Source: Tubiluchus corallicola
Taxonomy: Eukaryota; Animalia; Priapulida
Assembly (NCBI GenBank): GCA_030141605.1
Contig: JAQGDQ010000121.1
Span: 434,001 to 498,000 of the forward strand
Direction: 5' to 3'
Length of the DNA stretch: 64,000 bases
Part shown: positions 50,401-61,470 of the stretch, piece by piece
How positions within the stretch are numbered: position 1 is the stretch's first letter
Layout: each line of letters opens with the position of its first letter
Notes under the pieces: generated by a model
What the model was told of the DNA's origin: nothing
Databases searched by the model: none
The model's input: only the letters and a program-made list of their open reading frames with translations
Program-made: the position numbers and the translations under genes

Positions 50401-51334
50401 CAACCCATATTTACCTACTGTAGTAAATCAACAGCTTGTAACCAAATCGTGTATACCCAAAATTTCCCGGAACACGCGTGCAGTAAATAAAAAACTGGCC
50501 TGTTGAAAGCGAATCGAAAACATGTGGCTTGAAAAAATTAGTCAACATGTAGCATAAGCGAGCCCAAAACCTATGGCTTGAAAAGAATGTTAGCTAGCAA
50601 GTAACAGGCCACTAAGATCAGTAATTAACAATAACACTGATGATAATTAACAGAGCCGAATTTACAAATCGTGATTCGCGAAGAAGTGAAGTACAAAATT
50701 TTGGAGCTCAGCCCACCAGTTAAATGACACCATTCCGACTTTTTACAGAATGGACGAACCTGGCCCTGCAAGAAAATCTTTCACACTATTTTTTAATATA
50801 TAAACAGAGAGCCCATATTGCCCAAAAATAAATTTTTGCGAAGACTTAGAATTACAGTATGGGCGCTTACTGTATAATTATTAGCTATATATATTTGCGG
50901 AGAATTTTTGGACATGACACAAACAATAATAGGAGCAAACTGATATCACAAAACTGTGTGAAACCCAGATAAATGTACAAGTACTTCAGATCCCTACTGT
51001 ACTCCTCTGCAAAACCCAAGCTTCACCGGCTTTTTCTCTAACTTAAAAATGCCTTAACCCAAAGCTCGAAATTAGGTCTGAGTGTGATGATAAAATTTGT
51101 AGTGATTTTCTGTAAGTACAAAATTAATAATTTTACATGTATACTAACTAGGAACTGCAAACAGAGGCAATACTTAGTTCCAGGCAACAGTCGAATAGGA
51201 AGTTTGTCACGAAAGGAAACTATTACAATTGAATGGTGCTGCTTATCTCAGAATTATACTACGGTTACATTAGTCAGAAATCAGGAAGGTAGTCATTGCC
51301 ATTTTGTCTATGATTTTGATACAATTAGCAGAAA

Positions 51335-51676
51335 AGCGTCGCCGTCTCGCCGATACACCAGCAGCTGACCAGAGACCGCTCGGACAGGCGACGACATCGA
51401 GTTACCACAGACAGCTCACGACGACAGTTCAGGGGACAAAGACGACACAAGTTCCTCTCAACTCTCATTTGACCAAGCGGCTGTTTGTGCGGCGATAGGG
51501 ACGTCCTCTTCCGGTAGTCATTCAGCTTCCACAGGCTGTTTATCAGGCTATCGTAACTACTGTTTACGCGCAGACACGTTCTCGTAGTAGAGTGATAAAG
51601 TTGTGTTTTGAAGGCGCTGAGTTCTGATATAAACTAAGATTTGTAAAGACACCAGAAAAAAGATTTTTTGGTAACT
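51335..51676 (+). promoter_or_regulatory. CpG-rich putative promoter and first exon of the cytokine receptor gene
   Basis: Local CpG/GC enrichment at 51335-51590, ETS-type CTTCCGGT near 51508 and a candidate donor TTG|GTAACT at 51670/51671. The coding exon acceptor lies at 53328/53329. Confidence 0.4.
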
Positions 51677-52523
51677 ATAATTTATCGCTATTAAACTTTA
51701 TTGAGATTTCAATTATAAAATTAATATTTTCTTACAGTTGCTGTCAGCATAGCAGAGCGTTGTAAATGATACAGGGCTCTGACCATATCTGGGCCGTGCA
51801 TGGTCTTTATCCTGACTAATCTAAGACTATGTGAAACATCGTGGCAATGTCAGGATAATTTTTATTTTAAATAGGACACGGGCGGCCAGCAAAATAACGT
51901 TAAAGTATATAGGTTAATTAAATTGGTTTCCCGTTTGCAGTTGGACAGTTCAATCAGCAAAATCGTGTAGCTTTTCCATGATAAACGTCGACATCAAACA
52001 TCAATAACATACATCTTTATACACATGCTAGCCTTTTCATTTTCAGTGGCCTTTTGCTCTTTGGGCAGCGATGACATACAAAGACATGTAGTGATCAAAT
52101 AATAGTATATAAAACAATCTTAGAGACCATTGTTGTGCTATTAGTGGGTTTTCTTTATCACTTACGAAATGTGCTGTGAAGAGCCTAAAAAATATTAAAG
52201 TACACAAGCAAAGTAAATATAACTAGATAAGCGCTTTTTAAGTGTTTTTCGTTTTATTCACATTCACTACAGTAAGATTCAGAGGACTCACGATCACAAT
52301 TAAAATAGAAATTACCTGAAAGTAGACCAACACCACTGTTGCAGCGCTCATGGACATAGAATACAATGGAATTTTACCATTTTTGTTGAATTTGCACATA
52401 AATTTAACAGCTTAAACACAATAGTATTACTATCAACGAAAGGCATTGATAACATTATCTTACAGGGCAACGGACCTTCAGTTTCAACTTTCGTAACGAT
52501 TTTTTGTGCATGGGATAAAAACT

Positions 52524-52640
52524 ATCATCATCATCATCATCATCATCATCATCGTCATCATCATCATCATCATCATCATTGTCCCCATTAACATCGTCGT
52601 CGTCGTGATAATCATCATCACCATCACCATCATTATTATT
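52524..52640. repeat. (CAT)n microsatellite
   Basis: Directly visible trinucleotide run. Confidence 0.9.
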
Positions 52641-53348
52641 ACATTTTTACAGGTGAATGGAATCTGGACAGATAAAATGGTTTAAACTGATATAAGCAAT
52701 CAAATTTAGCAGGTTGAAGTATGCTGTAATTTTTATAATCACATAGACACGGCAAGCAAGATCAAGTTGCATTGGCCATTCACTGTCAATTGACATGAGA
52801 AGCTAATGAGTAATTGACGGCCTTTAGGCGGGACAAATGTCGGTGAACTGACAGCAGCTAAATTTTATGGCCTTTGAGTATTTTGCGATGGACAAGCGGC
52901 CAGTTGTGCGCTGTTGAAAAAGAAGCTTCAGTTAGTAATTCCTGTGAGAGTACAACTGAGATCATTTGCTTTATTCAAGGAATTCGGAGAAAGTTAATGC
53001 GTCCTGTACGGGAAGTTCGATATCCTTTGTATAATTCCCCAATGCCCTGTTCACATGTGTTGCAAAATCACGCTGACAAAGTGGTTATGAAACAGTTTGG
53101 GCTTTAAGTTTCAATTAACCAGGCTAGGTTTAAATCAGGTTTAAAAGCTAGGAATTGTTTCACAAATGCACCGTCAGTCAGTCAGTAACGTAATTTTATT
53201 AAATATCGGGCATCACCTAACGCAAAATTTTTTTCGAGAATGATACATGTATGCGCTGCTAAAATGGTTAAGCAGCTTGAAACTTAAACAATTATTCATT
53301 TCTTATAAATTATAATTATATTTTTCAGGTTGAAGACTTTATTTCGAG

Positions 53349-53460
53349 ATGCTTACAATCCTTCTCTTACTTTCGACGTTCTCGGTACGGTGTTTAACCA
53401 AAGAGTATAGCTCAGAAGCAAATGGCATTTGTGAGTTGCAGTTAGTAATTATTCACCTTA

Positions 53461-53557
<97 letters not shown>

Positions 53558-56500
53558 TATTATTATAAAATAAACTTGCAAAAATACGTCGTCATCCTGG
53601 ACCTATGCGTATTAGAATAGTATAGGTGAAATAATAAATAGCAGCATAATTACGACAATCTCTGGATATGGGCACAGAGCTTTCATCAGTTTTATGTGAA
53701 GATTTTAATGATTTTATATTACATGTATATAATTTTATTTATTTATTTTGATATTAATAGTACAATTTCCTAATGCAGTCATAAAATGCATAACATAAAG
53801 ATGAATTGTGAAAGGAGTTTCGTTAAAAACTGACCATCTTTGCAGAAGTGTCAATGTTTGATGCCAAAAAAGCCAGCCAGTATTTCATGGATAGGTACTG
53901 CTTACCCCTCGCACAATTTTTTGAACAAAAGGCTAAAAATGTTCCTATATTAATGTATGGCACACGTAGCAAGCTTGAGACTATCGTTTTTCAGACTTTG
54001 CATTATGCGTGGCCACCGTGAATTCATTACCACCAATGGCACTTGTTGTTAACCCTGTTCAGTCAGACAGTCATACACACGGAGTTTTTCGGTTATGTGA
54101 CATACGTATATATTTCAATGGTGAACATTCTCTTTTTATCGAACATTAAGTTCATAAAACATCAAGTTGGTTTTACAGTGGTGCCAAAAATGTTAAACAG
54201 GTTGTTAATTGGGCTTTAATAATATCTATTTTATTTTAGGCATTAACCTAAAGAACGCAACTGACATATCTGAAACAAAGTCGTCTCAAGATTTATTTGT
54301 AGTAAATGTGAATTCAAATCTGTCCTTGAGTTGTTCTTGGGAATTTATCAATGGAACCAATGCACCAGCAGAGTGGTATTTTCAGCCTTATGGCAGCAAT
54401 GAAAAGTTTAAGATGAAGACAAAAAACTGGCAAAACTTGTCCTTCTCTGAAGACAAGTCAAGATCCATGAAATTTGTCATTCATATGCTGAACGAATCAG
54501 AATTACACATAACTGGATTGACTCAAGAAGATAGTGGATGGTATGAATGTGGAAGGGAATCCAATCAAGCAGTACTAGTGTCAATCTTAGTGACAAATCC
54601 CAGATCTTTGACAAAATACGGAGGTAAGAGCAGATGAACAATTTGTATGTCATGCATTTTGAAACACTGTGAAGTCATTAGCCTCCATAAAGACATAGCT
54701 AAAATATAGTTGCCTCATCACTATAGTACTATATAATATCACTTGCACGTTTAGTATAACACTTCCAACGAGCTGCACTTCTTTGAAAGGCTTAATGAAG
54801 TGGTTGCTGGGAATTGATCTTGTATTTGCAAAAAGTGACAAAAAATAACAAAATATACAAAAATACTGAGGCAAGTTATTTGAAGGTGCAAATAGCAGAC
54901 ATGTACTTCAAGATGTTTCTAGTCAATAATTCGTGGAACCATGTTGCCCAAGAACTTAAGCATATGTTGTTTATTGATTAATATTTAAAAAGTGAACTGC
55001 CCAGGTAAAGAGATATGGTGTCAAGGGATTTAAATCACAGAAGCATGGCATTATTCTAACTCACATACAGGCTTAACCCTTTCATACCCGTGGTATCCCA
55101 TGTGATACAAGAATATTCTCTGCGTTTAAAATTAATAAAATTTTAAAACTGACAGTTATTTGATCTGTTAATAGTTATTTTGATTTAAGCCAGTAACAAG
55201 AGACTAAAAATGGTGATAAAATGGCAAACTAGAAAATTTACATAGCATAAAAAACTGTGCAAGGTACAGTACTTTAGAGACGACTTTGTACAGATCAGCA
55301 TAGCATGCATACTAAATGTCTTAAATACTTTAAAAAATTATCAGCATTTGCTTTTTATTATGTTTAGTAAGCATTGAATCCCAATGTATCCCGTGGGATA
55401 CAGGCTATATTTAGCACACGGGCACAGGTAGAAAAAAATAATTATAATGTGTAAACAAGATGGACATACTGAACAAAAGTACCAAGCCAAAAAATTTTTT
55501 CTTATTAAAAAAATAATTTGGGACTGAAAGGGTTAAGTTAATGTTACGCTTATGTTAGTTCAGCATTAATGTTGGGCTAGAGTCGCTAAACCTACGCTTA
55601 AAGACACGTTGTCCAATGATTAACTTTAAAGAATAAAACTTACAGATATTAATATAGTAAATATTAGAGAAAGGTATGTTTACTTTGAAGAAAGTTAGAC
55701 TTAGAAGCTTGACTGATTATTTTCTTTTAGAAATTGCCCCCAATAAAGATCTGTTGGCAGTTGAAAGGGGGAATGTTACTCTCACTTGCATTTTCTACCA
55801 TCAAACAATCACAACTGAAACTATTCGATGGACCCATAGGAGTTTCAAGTCATTTTCAGTTGTTCATGATGTTACTAACTTTTCTAAAATCACTGATCAC
55901 AGGACATCGGTTCTACGCTTGGTCAACGTAACTTGGGAGGATAGAGGATGGTACAAATGTAGTTACAACAACAACAACAGCATAGATTCGATTCCTACCA
56001 TTAATATTACGAAAGCACTGATGATAGCAGATAAGCCAGCACCACCAACCAACCTCGAATGCTATTTTTACAACTATAAATCAGTGAACTGCACATGGAG
56101 ACCAGGTAATCGTCCACACATAGACACCACCTTTACACTGCAATACCAAACTGCACGCAGATCTCGAACAAATGGCAAGTGGTCAGCTTGTAAAACGTCT
56201 AACAATATTCAGTGTCATTGCGGACATTCTCGTCTGGCAATACTTGCTGGCGAAGACTGCTGTAAAAACTTGGATGATGATAACTTCTCGTGTTCTATCC
56301 AAGGAATGGACTACTTGAAACTAGGAATTTCACCAACTGTTCGCTTTATTGTATTCGCAAAAAACAATGTCGGAACAAGTTTGTCAGACCCACTGTTGCT
56401 CAAGCTTTCTCCAGAAAATGGTAAGTGCTAGCTTGTTGGCTTTTTGAGAAGTGTAATGAATTCAAAACGACGATAAAATAAAGCAAGAAGGCAGTTTGAA

Positions 56501-59500
56501 TTAACAGAATGCAGCCAGTAGAGAGTTTCCTTTTGCTATTTATAGTTTAACGTAACTAGTGGTAAATATACATTTTTATTATACCTTTTTTCCCTAGTTT
56601 TGTATACACTTGTAAAATGCCTTATCAGTTTATTTTGTGTTTGTGTTATTGCAGTGAAATTATCACCGCCAGACATATTTGAAGCATTCAGTTCTTCTAG
56701 TCACTCAATACAAATGAGGGTTGGCTACAAGAACATTTTGAAATCTTACAACTTGGAATTGTCTTGTTTGGTTGTTGTTACTGAAATGAGTGAACCTGTT
56801 CAGATGGTAAGTTAGAAAGATCATCAATTCAACATTACAAGAAAGATCACCCATTCAGTCTCTTATTCTCTTCGTCTAAAAATAGCCTGACAAGCCATGA
56901 CAACCCATTATTAGCATATTTATTGAGGTCAGCAGTTTCATTTAAGTTAATAGATGCTTTTATTCATTTTGTTGGTAGGCCGTAATTTATCTAGATGTTC
57001 GATATTTATAAAAATTTCTATCATTATGTTACAGAGGCTTGCTAATTATTACCGTACTTCATCATCCATTAAGAATATCTAAAATACCAGCACTATGTTA
57101 AATGACTTAATTTATTTTCAGAAAAACATGTCGGTGATTCTGAATGCCAGCTCTCAAATAATAACATTGGAAGTTGACAACCTGTCAGCATACACTTATT
57201 ATTCCGTAAGTGCTGGATGTCGCTCGGCATCAAATGACTATGAACGTCCATTCACCGATCCAGTTTTTCTACAAACCAAGCCTGCCAGTAAGTAGCCAAT
57301 GCTTTTTTAAATAGCCACTTATTTAAACTATGTTTCCAGTTCTTTGAATTTGAAGAAAATGTGACAGATGTAGGTGACCTCGGCAAAGTAGCAAATGCAA
57401 TTGTAGCAGTGGCAGTGAACAGCCACATATATTGGAATATCAATTTTCGAAAAGCAGTCCAACCCACCATCCAAAATCAATTGTGCACCTATTATGCATA
57501 TGTGCAGCATATCAACTGTTTCTGGAAGCTTAAGTATCATTTGTCTTCTATATCTCTGATGATAAAATATTTTTGCTTTTGTAGTTCCACTAAGTGGACC
57601 ACTGGTCTCATCTGGAGGATTTTATGCAAAAATACTCAATGAAACGAGGGAGATAACTGTCTACTGGCAGGTAAGTTGAATAATAATGATAATGTCAAAC
57701 ATAGTAATAGTTGTTATTGTTGTTGTTGCTGCTGCTATTTGCTGTTCATGCTGCTGCTGGTGGTACTGGTTTTCGTTTTAGTGGTGGTGGTGATTGTTGT
57801 TGTTGTTGTTGTTGGAGGTGGTGGTGTTGATGTTGGTGGCAGCAGCAGTGTGGTTGTTATCGCCATTATAGTTAGATTCTCTAGACATTTTGTTTTTGTT
57901 CTTATTAGCACGATTTTTAATTTGGGTTGTTATATTCTCAGGAACCTCCACTAAACATTGCTAGAGGAAAAGTAGAAGCTTATGACATATCAGTCGTGTT
58001 GGATAATGGGTCGACACAGAATGTGGAGACAGTAAATAGTTCCACTCAACCTTACAAGTCCACGTTCACTGTAAATAGAAACAAGGATTTGCAGGTGCAC
58101 CTAACAACAGTAAATGAAATTGGGCCATCCATAGAAGATACTGTTATCAATGTTCCAAAAATAAGTCAATGTAAGTGTTTTTAATCGGTGCACCTATTTA
58201 GAAAATTGGAATTTCTTAGGTTTTGTTAATCACATACATAATCTTAGGGGATAAAATTGTAACATGTAATGTAGTACAAAATGTGTGATTGATCACTAAT
58301 GCATGTCTGTGATGGAGTTTAATTTCTCATACCTGAGTTTAACAGATGGATGTGTGTCATTACCAGATTGTTACAGTAAAGCGATAACTAAAATCAGTTA
58401 TGTGTTTATTTGAGCTCTTCTGCAATTCTTTCTAAGAGGAACAAAGTAATCTATGGCTAATGTTGTTGAATAACGTCTGTTTGATGGTAGCTGAGTTAAA
58501 CTGAATAATAAATGTAAGTAAAGAACTGTTTTTTAGTGTTGAAGGTACCAGACTTTTTAAATGTAACAGTAGATGGCGATTGCTACCAAGAATTGAAGAG
58601 TGGTAGAATTCATCTAATGTGGTCGCCCGTGAATCTGGCAGGTAAGGGTCGAACTCGAAACTTTTGTTTATAGTCATGGTATACTGTGATTGCTGAGTAT
58701 AACAGTTATTACGGGTGTTGTTTGTGATTGCAGAAATCTTAACCAAAGTGCTATATGAATGTCTATGAAAGAACATGCTAATATAAGTAAGAATAAAATT
58801 TAAGATTGTTGCACAAAAATCAATACACTAGCAGATCTGAAGCCTTCAATGCTACCAAATATATAGTAATAATAGAATGCGCAAACCAAAAAACCATTTG
58901 CGGGCTTATAATTAATTGAATCCTAAATTTAGTTCATTGTTGTATAATCCAAACAAAACATTTTCTGATCCAGCCCCAATACTTTTGCTTTACTGCAAAA
59001 TAGGAAACGAAATTAAATTGGTTTTATTCTCGTGCAACAATTTCCTTAATTACATGCCTGCTTTGAATTGCAGGATTAAATAATGAAGCTACAACGACAA
59101 TATTCTGGTGCAAAGTTAACTACATGACTGGAGAATGTGCAAACAACATGCAGTGGCGAGATGGCCCATTGTATAAAGCAGGATCATTTGAGTTAAATGA
59201 CATTGAATTTCCATGTAGTACTAGAGTTGCAATATCAGTTGAAGACAATGGGATATCTAGTGGACTTGTGTGGCCTAAAACTGCTGAAATGTTGTCAGGT
59301 AATATTTTTGCTGATAAATTACCTGGTAGGCCTATTTACGTTACATGTCACAACTTTAACGCTGTTCAGTGTTCACCATGTATTTTTAAACTTTCTCAAT
59401 TTACTTTTCTGCTTGTAGGTAGGATGGTTACTGTCGAAATAAAAGAGGATAATGAATTTATTACAACAACTGTTCTCTGCATAGGCGCGGTCTTTCTTTC

Positions 59501-60897
59501 TGCAGTATTTTTAGCTTTGCTGAGTCAGCAGAAAATGTAAGTAATACAGAATCAGTTTAACTTTTATTTTCAACTAAATCTAAGTTTTCTTAAAATTTTC
59601 TGGTTCTCTGCACAGTTGTAGAATTGAAAGAAACATTTTTTTCATCTAGTTTTTATTTACATCTTTCCTGCTGAATTGTCACCAATAATCTTTTAACTTT
59701 TGAGATTCCTATGGCCATAATATAGTATAACCCATACTCTTGTAGCACTGTTGATCACTTGGTTTTCATGTATATGTATAAAAAATAAAGCATTTTAATG
59801 ACATTTAGTAGTCTGAAAAATAGCTAAAAACGTTTTAATGACGAAAATCTGTGTTTAATTAAAAAACTTGACGATGAGTTATCTAAATATCACATTGATC
59901 CAATTTTTCAGTAAGCTTGTATATCAAATAGTAACACATATAGACAGATTACTCTACTAAATTTGAAAGAACAGTCAACTGCTCAAAAGCTGAACATCAA
60001 ACTTTGTACTTTGCTTACATTTTTAATTCTAGTGTCTCATACTTAATGATGACTTAAATAAGATATTCTATAATTTTGTCTTACAGAATAAAAAAACGAC
60101 TTTGTACTGTTGGTGAGATTCCTGATATTCACAGCCTCTACCTGGAGTCCAAAGCAGCATCCATTAAAGGCCCAGAGTGTTACCAAAGTTTGGAATATCT
60201 GCCAAGAGAGTGCACCACTGACTTCATTCATATTAGCTCTCTTTTAGAAAATCCGTCTATGGACAAAGTAGTTGCCACAAAAGCAAGAGTGACACCTGCT
60301 ATTTGCAGTTGGGACAAATACAATCAGGATCTACCAAGTACAAAGGATCTTAAGACTGTAGACAAAAAAATAAGAAGAAGGGAAGAAATAAGGATATGTA
60401 GAATTAAAAATTTTCAGCAATGCAAAAATTTATTTAGCAATAAAAGGTCCAAGAAAAAAGTGGACCCTTCACCGTTGAAAGTACCAATGAAAATGGTGCG
60501 CAATAATCACTACGTCTCCAGTGTAGCTATTCGTCCAGCACTTATGCAAAAAGATATTGAACTAGACGCTATAAAAATACATCTAGGTCATGAAACACCC
60601 ATTCCTGGTGGTGCAAGTTTTGGTGAGACTGTATTGACTTCGGAGAAAAACTTGAACCATGTTAATCCAATTAGCGATGCAAAGGAAGAACCAGATAAAA
60701 GAGATAATGTCAGTTTAGCTTGTAGTCATGTTACATCACTACAATCATCCGTACCTTCCTGGCTAGATTACAGCAACTCTATGAAGTCTTACAGCAAATG
60801 TGACGTAATGAGTGAACCACCCCCTGGATATGTGAGCTTTGATGAAACTGTTTTAGCACACAAGCATCGTATTGAAAATGAAATGGTCGGTGAATGA
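53349..60897 (+). CDS. Class I cytokine receptor, Domeless/gp130-like (signal peptide-Ig-Ig-CBM-FN3-FN3-TM-cytoplasmic tail), ~1015 aa, 11 coding exons
   Basis: Exons 53349-53430, 54240-54623, 55731-56420, 56655-56806, 57122-57287, 57585-57670, 57942-58170, 58537-58641, 59074-59298, 59419-59536 and 60087-60897 are phase-consistent (3048 nt). Signal peptide MLTILLLLSTF; Ig motifs LSCSW...DSGWYEC and LTC...W...DRGWYKC; cytokine-binding module KPAPPTNLEC...VNCTWRPG and VKLSPP; Domeless-like REITVYWQ, IFWC and SSGLVW; TM TVLCIGAVFLSAVFLALL; Box1-like EIPDI. Confidence 0.85.
53459..53567. repeat. (ATT)n microsatellite in the receptor's first coding intron
   Basis: Directly visible. It accounts for the poly-Tyr of the 53349 ORF, which runs past the donor at 53431. 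Confidence 0.95.
55077..55532. mobile_element. piggyBac-like MITE, ~456 bp
   Basis: TTAA flanks at 55073-55076 and 55533-55536. TIRs CCCTTTCATACCC and GGGACTGAAAGGG. Internal palindromic GTATCCCATGTGATAC and GTATCCCGTGGGATAC. Confidence 0.8.
57706..57865. repeat. (GTT/GGT/GCT)n low-complexity intronic tract
   Basis: Directly visible; lies between receptor exons ending at 57670 and starting at 57942. Confidence 0.85.
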
Positions 60898-61261
60898 CTA
60901 TAAAATAATAAGGATTACTAAAAATAACTCTTATTTGCAAAGATAAGAATGCAAGTTCAACGACAAGATTTTATTATCATGTATATTTGAAAATTTATTT
61001 TTATATGTAAACAACAATGATGTAAAAATTTTAAAATGTTGGTGTTCAAGAACATAGATATCAGTCCCCCTATTTTATATTACATTAGGTAAATAAAATA
61101 AAAAAACATGCAAGTAACTCTGTTTTCAATGTTTCCATTATCATGTAAGTGGAATGGTGTAGCACAAATTCTCATACAATGCATGAAACAGTAAAGCTTT
61201 AGATTTGTAAACTTGTCAAAATGCATTTGTAATTTGTAGAAAGTTGCAGTAGCTCTCAGTT

Positions 61262-61373
61262 TGTCTCTCTCTCTCTTGCTCGCTCACTCTTTCTCTCTCT
61301 CTCCCCTTCCCTTTCTCTCTCAATGCCCCCTATCTCTTTCCCTCTACCATTCTCTCTCTCGCTCCCTCTTTCT

Positions 61374-61445
<72 letters not shown>

Positions 61446-61470
61446 TCTATCTCCCTCTCTCTCTCTCACT
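61262..61470. repeat. (CT)n microsatellite
   Basis: Directly visible pyrimidine dinucleotide run. Confidence 0.95.

Noticed and set aside
53431-53573. Poly-tyrosine protein
   Set aside because: Intronic (ATT)n microsatellite after the GTGAGT donor.
58565-58582. CTCF-like ACAGTAGATGGCGAT
   Set aside because: Falls within a coding exon (VTVDGD) and is a weak match.
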